A DNA stretch of 62,825 bases, counting the filler, from Octopus bimaculoides (lineage: Eukaryota), in assembly GCF_001194135.2 (NCBI RefSeq). It is 8 parts of 8 records of this genome, joined end to end, with 100 filler letters (N's around TTAATTAATTAA, not from the genome) between each part and the next. Parts side by side here need not be neighbours in the genome. Positions count along the whole stretch, not along the records: positions 1 to 14,618 come from NC_068987.1; 7 more parts are not named here. One strand, written 5' to 3'. Position numbers and translations under genes: made by a program. Positions 1-12,615 of this stretch are shown here, piece after piece. Below the pieces are notes generated by a model. It worked only from the letters and a program-made list of their open reading frames with translations. It ran no database searches and was not told where the DNA came from. Within the stretch, counting starts at the first letter, position 1. The number at the start of each line of letters is the position of its first letter.

Positions 1-331
1 TGCCAGTACCGCCTGACTGGCCTTCGTAGGATTTTCTAGCGAGATCGTTGCCAGTGCCCCTGGACTGGATTGTGTGGGTGGCACATAAAAGACACCATTT
101 CGAGCGTGGCCGTTGCCAGTATCGCCTGACTGGCCTTCGTGCAGGTGACACATAAAAGCACCTACTACACTCTCTGAGTGGTTGGCGTTAGGAAGGGCAT
201 CCAGCTGTAGAAACTCTGCCAAATTTAGATTGGAACCTGGTGTTGCCATCCGGTTTCACCAGTCCTCAGTCAAATCGTCCAATCCATGCTAGCATGGAAA
301 GCGGACGTTAAACGATGATGATGATGATGAT
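1..331 (+). mobile_element. 3' UTR and (GAT)n tail of an RTE-type LINE
   Basis: Reverse complement of the UTR attached to the RTE RT fragment at 4441-5692 (…ccatgctagcatggaaagcggacgttaaacgatgatgatg). Ends in (GAT)n at 314-331. Confidence 0.8.
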
Positions 332-1899
332 TACTATTGAATGAAATTTAGAAAGAGCTAGCTTTATATGCATTTTGAATGTTAAACTTGAATTAATTTT
401 TCTTTAATTTTCTGTGAATAAAGTTTGGTAGAGTAGCATTATAGAGTTTGATTTATGTTGTTGATTTAGAATCAAATTTATTTATGTTCAACATGAAAAT
501 AACAGAAATATTTTCAAAAAATATATTTTAATTCCCAAGATGTTACTTATATTATTGCTGTTGAGTAAGTGGAGAAGGAACTAAACTGTATAATTGATGA
601 AAAATAATGTAAAAGACAGTGCTTCCATCGAGAAATTGAAATCAAATAAAGAAAGGTGGCTTACAAGTAAAAAAGGAAAACTGGATTATGAGTGTTAAGA
701 TGAACAAATGGAAAAAAAAAAATTCAAATAACTATATGTTTGAAATTCCTTATAAGGGGAACACAATAGTTTTTTGCAAGGTATGGATAATATTTTTCTA
801 AAATGTAGATGTTCTTGGTACATATTAAGGAATGTTAAATTTTTTGTTGCAGAGCAAATATTAAGTGAGATGGGATATTTCCTACAAGCAAAACTACTCT
901 CTTGAATTAAAAGTGGTTGCTTCATACATGTTACACCTACCTACCAGGGCAGGGGAAATATGTGTGACATCAATCTAGTCTGGTTTCTAAAAGATTGTGA
1001 ATTTTTGAAATTTAGGTTTAGTAATAAAAAGAAGTGGATACAAAATTTTGTTATTGCGCTTTAAATAGGGTCCTGGGTTCCATTAAACATTGTTTTTGGT
1101 TCCAGAAGATTTTTCTCATTACTTTTACAATGGATGTTTTGAGCATATTTGTCATAGGTTAAATACATAAAGTTAGCATAGGTTGAATCAATTCAATTTT
1201 TTGAGATATAAAATGTAAACTCAAATTTTTTGACATTCTGAAGTGCTTTGAATTTTCTCATATTTGCCTTTACATTTTGCCTTATATCTTTAAAACCAGA
1301 ACAGTCCCAATATTAAAACCTATGTTTTTCTGAATGTTTCCACTGTAAGATTACAGAATAATATAGGATTCGGTACTGGGATTTACATTTGTACCTAAAT
1401 ATCATTCCCCAAAATGTATAATTTTTCTCAATTTCTCAGTAGACCCTGCCACTCTCTTAAAAAAAAAAACCCTCATCATTTGACAAAGCCAACAAAAACA
1501 TTAAATTAACCTGTTTTTGGCTGTAAGTATGAAATTATTTTGCAGTTATTTATTCACATTATTTTGAGATTTTGATAATGTGTTTGTTCAGTTTTAGAAT
1601 GCCATTGTAGAGTAGGTGCAGGAAGCTGAATCTTGCCAGTTTGAACATAAAACAGTTGGAATATTTGAGCTGGATATGGCTGATTTAAACACTAAAGGGT
1701 TAAAACGAATTTCCGTCATTAAGAATGACAACTAGGTACTGTTTCCTGAATTCTTGAAAAAATTTTAACTCATTATTTTCAAATGAAAATTTCCTGCTTT
1801 CAATTAAATTTGGATACTCATAAAAAATTACTGGCTAAAGATGTAAGCATAAGGTTTTCTTTTTTTTGCTGAACTGCATATTTATTTTTGTTTTTGGAA

Positions 1900-2330
1900 A
1901 GTCCAAACCTTTTTCCATTTGGAAGACTTGATTTTTTGTCTATATCTACCCAGTAGCTCACTGTGGCAGGGAGAGATATCATCAAAACCCTTATAGTCGA
2001 GGAGTTCCTGCACTGTTGCATGTTCTAGTTGGGTGCAGAGGCCCAGTTGTCTGGTCTTTTGTTTTATTCTATTAGAGGTGACAATTCTGGACCCAAGGTT
2101 TCAAGGGGTGAAGTTAGACAGCTTAACTGAGTCCTTATTAAATATTTGGTCAAGTTTATGCTGAGGTGGGAAGTTTCTATTAAGGGTTTCAAAAAACACT
2201 AAACAGCTGAAAGAGAGGTTGTTCCAAATAATTTTCCTTGTCCTATGCCTATCAGGGTTGGCAAGGATATTGTACAGAGGTGTTACCAGATGGTTGGGTG
2301 GATGATATTAGTGGGATTATCACTAGTACT
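1900..2330 (-). mobile_element. Degraded Penelope-like element fragment (RT thumb/linker before GIY-YIG)
   Basis: Minus-strand translation HPPNHLVTP…RTRKIIWNNLSF…NRNFPPQHKLDQIFNKDSVKLS resembles the PLE motifs NHPP / RKIIWFNPP / HFP.HKL.KIFN..VK.SY. Frameshifts and stops are present. Confidence 0.7.
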
Positions 2331-3655
2331 GGTAATAGATCATAATAAACGTGCAGATGGCCAATTAATCTAACCTCCAGTTCATCCACTGCTATTATAA
2401 TCACCAACACTAGTGCTGAAGTGGTCAGCCCTACTTTTGACTACAATTTCCTGGTAGGTAGCAGCACCTTGAGTGTTAATACGAGCAAAGCAATCAGTCA
2501 TTGTCATCATGGGAATGTCTGACTGCATATGTACCTGGCCCAATGGGCTGCTCATCCCACCATACCCTTGAACTTGGTTTAATCAAAGTAGATTTCTTTC
2601 AGATTTTAGTATACATGATACAGATGTAGAATTTTATGGTTATAAATAAAAGGGTTATTTGTACACATATATATGTAAATATATTGAGTGTTTCCATGTA
2701 GACATTTTTGTGAAATAGAGAGAGAGAGAAAAAAAAAATGATTGTCATTTTAATTGTTGTCTTAAAATCTTCAAATGTTGAGATAATAATCTTTTATCAA
2801 AGCAACATCTCTTTCTTATTTGACACAAAACATGAGGCAGTTACTTTAATACATAAAAAGAGAGACGATCATTCTCATAACACCACACAGTATAGGATTT
2901 CTCCTGGCAACCCTGAAATGATCTGGTACATTTAAATGCTGTTTATTGTATTGATTCTGGAAGAATGGAAAGATAAAACTAAATGCAGTAAGGCACCTAG
3001 TTGAATGCTATACCATTTCTGCTAGATCATTGATGCCTTTCCTATGAATAAATGAATTCTAAATGTGTTCATTCATGCACTGTGGTCACTAAAACATGAA
3101 GAGCAAACAACTGATGAACCAAATCTGGAATCAAGGTTTAAATGCCATTTGTAGATATGTTACATACTCAGCTAAAATATTCCAGGGAAATATACATATA
3201 CGGGCACTAGAAAATCACTTATTCTCAAATCCTAATTGATTCTTCATAGCCTCAAGCCAACCATTGCCCTGTAAGTAGGATTTATAAACAGAAACTGTAT
3301 GGAATCTTCATCTGAATAAATGGTTGATATGTTTACATTCCTGTTCACTCTGCACTTTTGGAGAGTAGTAGAATGAAAACTCTTTAACTTGAGAATCAAG
3401 TAAGGGTTGATGAGAGGAAGAGTATCTGGCCATAAAATATTGCCTCAAATAATTCTGTTTAATGTAGCAAGGAAAGACAGGCTGGTTACTTTTAGGTCTA
3501 AGACTGTTTCCCAAACTAAAAACTGGATTCCCATGGAAAGACATCTAGCTATTACAATAATTGTTTTAAAATAAATACACTAGATATTGTTATGAACATA
3601 TTAACCAGAGCAGTGTCTTGGTTACATTAAATAAGACAAGTTAAGCATTTCTCAC

Positions 3656-3811
3656 CCGTTTCCATATGTTTCTTTGATTCACTTGATCTAAAGCTGGTTC
3701 TTTTTTGTGCCATTGGATAATAGCAGCTTCATCAAGGACATCTTTGTCGTAAAGGATACTTAAGATATTTGGGAAGATATAAGCAATCTGAGAATTCTCA
3801 ACAGCAGACTC
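3656..3811 (-). CDS. EIF2B5: Coding exon (156 bp, phase 0-0) of a W2-domain protein, probably translation initiation factor eIF2B epsilon
   Basis: Acceptor tttaaatttcag|GAG and donor AAACGG|gtgaga. Encodes ESAVENSQIAYIFPNILSILYDKDVLDEAAIIQWHKKEPALDQVNQRNIWKR, with the W2 AA-box pattern LYDxDVLxExxIxxW. eIF2B epsilon fits better than eIF5, BZW or eIF4G by recalled sequence. Confidence 0.85.
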
Positions 3812-4398
3812 CTGAAATTTAAAATGGAAAAAAAAAGAAGCTGAATTAACATTAACAATAATAATAAACTTGTTTCTGCTCAAACTTTTAAAAACATATT
3901 AAACAAAACTCAGCTACAAATGCTGCAGTAGAACAACTTCGTTTTTGTATACAGATGATGTTGAGTTGTATACTGCAGATTATAAACAATTTGACTGCTG
4001 CAGATAATAATGAAGATTTACTGAAGGGCTTTATATAAAATTTAGTTGAGAAAAATGTGCCAAAACAGAGAGGGAAAGAATATCAATATCATACTAGATA
4101 AAGAAACAAGCATAAGACAATTAAATTAAGCATGGATTTATAAATACTTAGAAGCCAAATGGGCTTGAGTATGCATTACAAACAAATGAAAGAAAAAGTT
4201 TGGTAGGAATATTATACACACATTACATTAAATGTTAATTGGTATCAATAGTCTAGCAGTAATAAGTTTAACGCAAAATTTCATATTGGTTCTTTGTTCC
4301 AACTTCCTGTTCATTACAAAAATTGCAGACTACAGCATACATGTGATTACACAAACAAATTTCAGAACTTGCAAAGAAACACAGCAATGTCACTACCT

Positions 4399-4440
<42 letters not shown>

Positions 4441-4445
<5 letters not shown>

Positions 4446-5692
4446 TCATCATCATCATCATCATCGTTGTTTAACGTCTGCTTTTCATGCTAGCATGGGT
4501 TGGACGATTTGACTGAGGATTGGTGGACCAGGAGGCGACACCAGGCTCCAATCTGATTTGGCAGAGTTTCTATAGCTGGATGCCCTTCCTAATGCTAACC
4601 ACTCCGAGATTGTAGTGGCTGCTTTTACGTGCCACCGGCACGGGGGCCAGTTAGGCGGTACTGGCGACGGCCACGCTCGAAATGGTGTATTTTATGTGCC
4701 ACCTGTACAGGAGCCAGTCCATCGGCACTGCAACGATCTTGATCGAATGTCCCTTCACGTGCCAGGGAGGCGACGTTGGTAACGATCAATGGCCACGCTT
4801 GAGATGGTGTATTTTACGTGTCACCTGCATAAGGGCCAGTCCATCGGCACTGGCAACGATCACGCTCGGACGGTGCTCTTAGTGCACCACTGGTACAGGT
4901 GCCATCACAATTTCGCTTTCGCTTGCCCCAACAGGTCTTCGCAAGCTGAGTTTAGTGTTCCTACAAATTTAGTTCGATTTCGATTTCACTTGCCACACCA
5001 TGTCTTCGCAAGCGGAGTTTAGTGTCCAATGAAGGAATGTTACGCGTAAGTGAGCTGGCTACATCCTTGGCAGAGGCCTTGGATATTGGTGTCACTTGGC
5101 TTGCCGGGTCTTCTCACGCACAGCATATTTCCAAAGGTCACAGTCACAAGTCATTGCCTCAGTGAGGCCTAATGTTCAGAGGTCGTGCTTCACCACCTCA
5201 TCCCAGGTCTTCCTAGGCCTGCCTCTTCCACGGGTTTCCTCAACCGCTAGGGTGTGGCACTTTTGCACGCAGCTATCCTCATCCATTCTCGCCACATGAC
5301 CATACCAGCGCAATCGTTTTTCTTGCACACCACAACTGATGCTTCTTATGTTCAGCTTTTCTCTCAAGATACTTACACTCTGTTGGGTATGCACACTGAC
5401 ATTACACATCCATCGGAGCATACAGGCTTCATTCTTTGCGAGCTTACACATGTCCTCAGCAATCAAGGCCCATGTTTCACTGCCATGTAGCATGGCTGTT
5501 CGTACACATGCGTCATACAGTCTGCCTTTCACTCTGAGTGAGAGGCCCTTTGTCGTCAGCAGAGGTAAGAGCTCTCTGAATTTTGCCCAGGCTATTCTTA
5601 TTCTAGCAGCTACACTTTCAGCGCACCCTCCCCCACTACTAACTTGGTCACCCAGATAGCGGAAGCTATCGACTACCTCTAGCGGAAGCTAT
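4441..5692 (-). mobile_element. 5'-truncated RTE-clade LINE (RT C-terminus, long 3' UTR, (GAT)n tail)
   Basis: ORF 5176-5532: KGRLYDACVRTAMLHGSETWAL…RLRWYGHVARM…RGRGRPRKTWDEVVKHDL, typical of the RTE post-RT region. The UTR has internal ~60-bp repeats (gccagtcca…ggcaacg). The tail reads (CAT)n on + at 4443-4465. The 5' part runs into a gap. Confidence 0.9.
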
Positions 5693-5875
5693 NNNNNNNN
5701 NNNNNNNNNNNNNNNNNNNNNNNNNNNNNNNNNNNNNNNNNNNNNNNNNNNNNNNNNNNNNNNNNNNNNNNNNNNNNNNNNNNNNNNNNNNNNNNNNNNN
5801 NNNNNNNNNNNNNNNNNNNNNNNNNNNNNNNNNNNNNNNNNNNNNNNNNNNNNNNNNNNNNNNNNNNNNNNNNNN

Positions 5876-6060
5876 NNCGTGGGCATCGGTACCATTTTCC
5901 TCTTTCTCCGTTCTTCCATTCTCCGAACTTTCCATCTTTCCGACGAAGGGCTACGCCCGAAACGTCATACACTCTCTCTTTCCTTTCCTGAGCGTCCAAT
6001 AATACTATCCATATCACGTCCTCACTTTGTTGTTTTTTGTTTTTTTGTTATTGTTTTTTT
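5876..6060 (+). mobile_element. Penelope-type terminal fragment with a degenerate hammerhead-like core (5940-5966)
   Basis: CCGACGA-A-GGGC-tac-GCCC-GAAAC-GTC follows hammerhead core order with a U4-to-C change. Stem I is not evident. Confidence 0.45.
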
Positions 6061-6146
6061 GAACTATATATATATATATATATATATAACTGGTATTTTA
6101 ATTATAAAAGGATGAAAGTAAATAGTAAATACTTTCTACCTTAGAC

Positions 6147-7301
6147 TTTTAGGGTGAGCTAAAAAGTTCATTGGCTGACTATGAAGGAGTGATGCTAGAG
6201 CTGTGAAATCTTGCCGGCATTCATTTCAACTCTTCTTATTAATAATTGCATTGTTTCTTTCCTGATAAACTGATATTTCACAGTTCAAAGAACTCTTCAA
6301 AAGTAACTAGTATTAATTTATCTTGAAAATGGTCAAAATTTAGCATCATGGTGTTATCAAGTACTTGCAGAAAAATGGTTTAGTCACCAACAACATTCAT
6401 GGTGACATGAATGCAACATGAGGGGATGATGTTGCAGCTTTATCAACAGTGCAAAAGTGGGCAGTTGAATTTAGGAGGGGTAGGGAGAGTTCTGAAGTTG
6501 ACCCAAAATCTGGATGTCCCGAAACTGCACCACCAAGGAAAGCAATCATGTTCACTACATGGTGATGGATGACAGGCAATTGACTATAAATCAAATAACC
6601 TATGCTATTAGCATATCCCATGAGAGAGTAGAGAATATTCTGCACAATGAACTTGGCATGACAAAGGTTTCTGCTCAGTAGGTGCCACATCTTCTGACAC
6701 CTGATCAAAAGTGCACCAGGTTGATTACATCACAGGAAAACCTGAGATTGTTTCAGGCAGATGCAGCTGGTTTCCTTGAATGTTTCCTAAGCTAAGATGA
6801 GTGTTGGGTTCATCACATTGAACCAGAAACAGACAATCCGTGCAAAAGCCAAGGTCATTTCATCAGCAGGGAAGGTAATGGCTTCAGAGTTTGGGGATGC
6901 AAAAGGTATTGTGCTTACTGACTATCTTCAAAAGGAACATACCATCAATGGAGAGTACTATGCCAGCAAGTCCTTGGTTTCGGTAGCTGCTATGCATGAC
7001 TGTGGCTTTGAACTCTCCCTTTCGTCCTGATTTGGCCCCATCTGACTATCACCTGTTCCCCAAAATGACAAAACATTTGGCTGGGAACCGGTATTGCAGT
7101 GATGATGACATATCTACTGTAGATGACTTTTTTGACCAACAGGATGAAAACTTCTGCACCAATGGATCCAAGTGCTGCAAAACTGATGGAAGAAGTATGT
7201 GGACCACAAGCAGGATTATACTAAAAAATAAATCTCATTTGGTGGTTATATTCTATGAGAGTACCTTGGTCAGCCTATGTATTATTCGGCTGATCCTCGT
7301 A
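6147..7301 (+). mobile_element. Full-length decayed mariner (D,D34D-type) DNA transposon
   Basis: N-terminal GVIKYLQKNG…STVQKWAVEFRRGRES…DPKSGCP and C-terminal PDLAPSDYHLFPKM. Degenerate TIRs: gggtgagctaaaaagttcattggctgact and ggtcagcctatgtattattcggctgatcctcg|ta. Multiple stops and frameshifts. Confidence 0.9.
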
Positions 7302-7717
7302 TCTCTTGCTCTTGTTGCTTCTACCTCAATTTCAAGGCACGAAGTAGGAGCAAGGGGTAATCCAAAATATACCTGTGTTGAAAAAGTCACAGAAAACACC
7401 ATGAAAAATGTTGAAGGGTTAAGATAAATTTTGTGTTGCAAATTCAATCAAACTCCCAATAGTATGGAAATGATGTTAAATAGACAAAGATGAATTAACA
7501 AAGGAAACTGCTGGAATTAGCAGTCAAAATCTCCTCCAAAACACACCCAACCATCTTAACAAAGGAAGAACATATCAAATAATGTAGTACAACACACATA
7601 TTACATGAGAAAAACAAATAAAAAACATGATGGTCATGGCTGGGTATGATGATGATAGTGGTAATAATATGACTCATAAAAGGATTAATTTTTTATGAAA
7701 AGCAATAGTTAACTTAC

Positions 7718-7798
7718 CATCAGGGCTTCAAGACTATCTGTTTGAGATTCGATACTTCGGTTGTAATTTTTTATTAAAGGTAACCATTTTGTTAGATT
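7718..7798 (-). CDS. EIF2B5: Coding exon (81 bp, phase 0-0) upstream of the 3656-3811 exon of the W2-domain gene
   Basis: Acceptor aatttttgtag|AAT and donor CTGATG|gtaagt. Encodes NLTKWLPLIKNYNRSIESQTDSLEALM, which resembles the eIF2B epsilon segment [26 protein letters not shown] and splices in frame to ESAVEN…. Confidence 0.8.
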
Positions 7799-8729
7799 CT
7801 ACAAAAATTTTAATTAAATTAGAAAGTTAAGCATTTAGCATCCATAATACAAACAGAGGCATTCTATACATTTAAACAGGATGAAGCTAACATGACTTTC
7901 TGTGTAATTTAATAGTATATCCAACTACCAGGGGTAAAATATCAATTGGGGTTGGGTCAGTTTGTACTGCTTTTTCAGTGGTTGATATCTAGTGTTCAAG
8001 TCAATTACCTATTTTACAATTGTAGATGGATATGTCTCCATCAATTTTATAGCCCATCTCGGGCGTATTTGGTTTAATGTTCAGTTTGAAGTATTTGGTT
8101 ATTTGTTCAGTTTGCAAGTAAAATGTTAACAGGAGATTCTAGAGGGTTGCATCTCTGGCTAAGAATGAAGTGTTTAGTATGGGGAGTAGGAGATGATACT
8201 CAGTAAAGAAAATAAAAGAAAAACACAGTAATGTTGAGTGGGTGCAGATATAATAAGCATAGAGCTTGTTAGTTCAAAAGAATAGAGGCCATTAAAGTTA
8301 ATGTGCCAGAGGCAGAGAAAATAAAGACAATGCCTGTGAACCAGTGTACTTCCATCAATAAACAATCAGTTTTTATTAACTTACTGATATGACCAATGGC
8401 AATGCCTCTTCTGGCAGCACATAGTGATGGAGCATATAAGCTAAACAAACACAGCTACTACTGTTTAAAATGACAAATCCTTCTATTCAGTAATGTCTAT
8501 TTATAGCTCTGTGGAGTGTATCACGAAGAATTGATTGTCCTGATCATGGACATACTGACACACTTGAGTATTTGTCCAATATCCTTTTAGTTCCCACAGA
8601 GCTTTGGTTGGATTGCTAAATGGTTCACTTATTTTTCAATAGATATTTAAATGTAAACACAGGAGAGGCAAACTACCAGGAGAGGTAAAGTACAGGAGCG
8701 GAAAATACTGAATAGAAGTTTCCAAGATA

Positions 8730-8905
8730 AGATCCTAGTACAAGTAAGTTCCCAGTTAAGGTAAACTCCTAAAGCAAATAAATTCCCAGTAAAGGTAAAC
8801 TGATACAGGAATTTATTCCTAGTAAAGGCCAACTCCTGATATAGGAAACTACTGTACTGCTAAGTAACTAGTAGAGTCATGTACCCAGTAAAAGTAGACT
8901 CCCAC
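8730..8905. repeat. Degenerate ~33-bp minisatellite
   Basis: Units ttcccagttaaggtaaactcct (8749), ttcccagtaaaggtaaact (8783), ttcctagtaaaggccaactcct (8816), tacccagtaaaagtagactccc (8882). Confidence 0.6.
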
Positions 8906-9447
8906 TACCAGCTGAAGGTGGATATAAGTAAAAGCAAGCTATCAGTTAGCCTCTGATCTGGTTTAATATCTACTTGTATTTTATACCACTTATATTACCT
9001 ATGTACCTGAGTTGTAGAGTAGTAGAAAATACATCCAGAAATGTTTGCAATGTAATTTCAAATCTCAATTGAAATCTTTAACTTTATCCCCTACACCTTT
9101 CAATGAAACAATTAACAACTATTATATTTGTATTTTTTCACATTTCATGAGTGAAACCAAAAATACCAGCTTTTATTTTTACATTCTTAATAAACCTGAG
9201 GAACTCATGGACCTCACAACATCTCACTAGTAAGAAAATATTTGAAAAGTGATAATGTAAGAGGAAAGAAACTAGTAAATAGATTTCACAAGTCGTTTAT
9301 GAATGCAAGTGAAAAACAGAATTGAACAGTGTATGTATGAGTGTGCATGTATCTGTGTCTCCTTGTTTAGACATAGTGTGATAATTGTAAATGATGTCAC
9401 TGACATATAAGCAGTGTCATTCATTTTCAACACAGTGTGAAAACATA

Positions 9448-11025
9448 CACTGGCCAAAATAAGTTTAAGAACGCTGATGACAGTTCTATACCTTCATTAA
9501 TATAATTTTAACAAAAACTCTATAGAACTTTTTTCTCTTTCGAATGATATAGACATTATATATCTTCCTACAATTCAAATAATTTTAATGTGTAATTAAT
9601 TCAAATCATTAGAAATTGTTCACAAAATAAGTTTAAGACAGTACCAAGATTATGCAAATTAATAAACCAAATGGGTGGTCATATGGCTGGTCGGACTGCA
9701 CTGTTTTGTTTAGTAATTGAGCATTGTTACACATTAATTCGCTATAGGAAAGCGTCATAGTATCAACCCAGTTACTAGATCAAAGATCATGTTGTTTTAT
9801 CAGCAAAATGTATCCTTCATGAACATTAGCAAGCAATTAGGATGCAGCAAAACAGCTTGTGTTGAAGCATGGAAGCTTTACCAAACCACTGGCCAATACA
9901 AAGATCAGCATAGGTGCTCTGAGAAATTTATGGTACAGATGGAATGGCGAATTCATAAGCTCTCTAAAGGTAACTGAATGCTAACAGCAGTGGACATTTG
10001 CAAGCAATTATCTGATGAAACTGACATCAGCTTTACACCAGAAATTGTCAGAAACCATCTAAAAGAATTTGGACTGTTCAGCCAGATCACTCGAAAGAAG
10101 CTGATAATTTCTGAGAAGAATGGGCAGAAGTGGATCAAGTTTGCTAAAAGCCATATTGAATGGATGGCCGAAGACGGGTCTAAAGTTCTTTGGAGCGATG
10201 AATCTTGCTTCTGCATCTTTGGATCAGATGGAAAAACTTACATTAGATGCTGTCCAATTGAAGAATTCCATTCTAAGTGTGTCGAGAAAATGGAGCAAGT
10301 GGGAGGTAATGGTGTGGGCTGCGTTCAGCAGTGCTTAGGTGTTGGTCCACTTGTTAAGGTTGATGGCAGACTGAGCAGTGTAGGCTATCTGCAATTAGTA
10401 AATGAAAATGTGCTGCAATATTTAAATAATCAGATGCCACTGGGATCTATTTTCCAGCAGGACAATTGCCCCATGCATAAGGCCAGGGAAGTTTTGCAAT
10501 ATTCTGATGGTTAATGAGGGACCTCCGCAGAGACCAGATTTGAATCCGATAGAAAATTTATGGAATTAGGATTCTAAGAGTTCATGCTAAAAAACCAACA
10601 AATTTGTCCCAATTATATAATTTCATTGAAGAAATATGGCAGAACATTCCAAGAGATTTTTGTGCTCATTTGTTGAACTCCATGTCCTGCCGCTGTTGTA
10701 AGGCCATAATTGAAAATAATGGATATGGAACTAGATACTAATAACAAATTTTTGTTTGTTGATCATTTGTGCTGTAAATTTTCGATCTAAACAAAATAGT
10801 GTTGGTACAGTCTTAAACTTATTTTACCAACAATTTTTAATCATTTGAATTAAATGTGCATTAAAATTATTCAAATTGTAGAAAGATATATAACGCTTAT
10901 ATCATTTGAAAGAGAAAAAAATTCTACATAAACTGTAAAAAGTAAAATTTTATAGTTTTGTTAAAAAATAAATTAATGAAGGAATAGAACTGTCATAATC
11001 GGTCTTAAGCTTATTTTGGCCAGTG
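9448..11025 (+). mobile_element. Full-length Tc1-family transposon with ~200-bp IR/DR-type TIRs and TA target duplication; transposase disrupted
   Basis: TA|cactggccaaaataagtttaag … cttaagcttattttggccagtg|TA. An inner DR copy aaaataagtttaagacagtacc lies near 9623-9645, with its mirror near 10804-10825. Transposase pieces: ISKQLGCSKTAC (HTH), VLWSDES, FQQDNCPMHKA, PPQRPDLNPIENLW. The start codon has decayed and there are frameshifts. Confidence 0.95.
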
Positions 11026-11049
11026 TATCTGGGAAAATATTACTTTACT

Positions 11050-11470
11050 TGGAGTGGTGAGTGTTGGTGACAGGAAGAATCTGGCTGTAGAAAATCTATC
11101 TTATTAAACTCTGCCCAACCCATACAAGCTTCGAAAAGTAGATGTTAAAGCAATGATGATGATGATGTGGAAAGACCTAGGAAGACGTGGGACAAAGTGG
11201 TGAGAAAGGATCTTCAGACACTGGGCCTAACTGAGGGGATAGCAAGGGAGAATACTTGGCCATCCATACATACAGGCATGTCTTTTTTGGCCATGACCCC
11301 ACTCTTGCTCCCGGTTGAGAGGTCTTTGTCTTGCAAGCACCTGTGCTGATAGCATATAAAGAGCATCCAGCCACAGAAACCATGTCAAAACAGACAATTG
11401 GAACCTGGACAACTGCTGTCAAATTGTTCAACCTATGCCAGCATGGAAAACAAATGTTAAACAACTTCGA
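11050..11470 (+). mobile_element. Two adjacent RTE LINE 3' fragments
   Basis: A (GAT)n tail at 11155-11166, then RPRKTWDKVVRKDLQTLGLTEG (11170-11240) and a degenerate copy of the same UTR. Confidence 0.7.
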
Positions 11471-12429
11471 TTATATATGCATAGATATATATCTCCATTC
11501 AGCATTAATTTGTTATCAGAAAAAGCAACAAGCATGATGATAAATCTCAACCACATACCCATCCCTTGCCAAGTAACCATATTCTTCATGGTTGTTCTTT
11601 GCGATTTCAAAGGAAACCACAATGTTTAATGAATAAAATTCAGAGGAAAATCATGTTTTTCAATTTATAATCTATTCATAGTCTTGGGTTTAAATTTTGT
11701 TGCAAATATTCAATTAAAAGTGTAATACCTCATTAAGTCGAATTTATAGAAAACTAATAAAAAGTGATTTATGTATAATCTAAAAAGAAAGATATTTGTG
11801 GAGATTGAAATGTTAAGTTAATTAACTGAAATTAACATTTCATTTGAGAAAGAAAGAAAGAAAGGAAGCAAGTACAGAGTAGTGAAATCAGTCATGCAAC
11901 TGTCTGGCGAGAAACAGAAAACAGTTGGATTGCTTTACTTTTTAAACTAGTGTGTGAATTAATGACCAAATACTGTCAACTTCTTGGGTCTGTTTCTTCA
12001 GGATGAATAGGATTGGTGGGCTCTGAATTTTCTTCTAATCCAATTTACAGTAGGGGTTGACTCTTAGTTTTTGCTCCTTCACAAGCATTCACAGACAGTG
12101 AAGGCTTTTGCATAGATGTCTCCTTCCTGGTCTTCGTATCTTTCAAGGCCACCAAACCCAGATCACTTACCCTCAGTATAGCTCTCTACTCAATAGTAAA
12201 TTATCCTTGAAACATCTTACATATAATAAAATGCAATGTGTGTCACACTGGTAGTGCCAGGGAAAGAGGAATAAAACAACAAACGGAGTGGGAGTGAGAG
12301 ACAGTCAGAGGTGGAAAAGCAGGCAAACAGCATTCAAAAGTTTTGTTCTGAAGATGCTGATATGTTAATCAAAATAAAACTGCAAATTTTTATTGTAAAT
12401 TGTATTTAGTTTATCAGTTTCATACACAT

Positions 12430-12615
12430 TATTGTTGTTTAACGTCCGTTTTCCATGCTGGCATGGGTTGGACGGTTTGACTGAGGTCTGGAAAGCCAGC
12501 GGCTGCACCAGGCTCCAATCTTATCTGGCAATGTTTCTACAGCTGGATGCCCTTTCTAATGCCAACCACTCCGAGAGTGTAGTGGGTGCTTATTACATGT
12601 AAACCGACACAGGAG
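12430..12615 (-). mobile_element. RTE LINE 3' UTR fragment
   Basis: gtttaacgtccgttttccatgctggcatgggttggacgg…gccaaccactccgagagtgtagtgg matches 4465-4620. Confidence 0.8.

Noticed and set aside
2383-2570. About 60-codon open stretch on the minus strand (…GGMSSPLGQVHMQSDIPMM…)
   Set aside because: Adjoins the decayed Penelope fragment; no homology recognised and no convincing splice sites.
3215-3268. Possible last exon GNGWLEAMKNQLGFENK* after ttacag
   Set aside because: Lacks the acidic WLxxAEEES-type W2 terminus; the true last exon more likely lies left of the window.
8385-8440. Possible additional eIF2B epsilon exon (good gtaagt donor; YMLHHYVLPEEALPLVIS in frame with the next exon)
   Set aside because: No recognisable similarity to the expected YAYN…-containing segment, the acceptor is ambiguous, and the surrounding 7850-8640 looks like decayed retroelement sequence. 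RNA-seq could rescue it.
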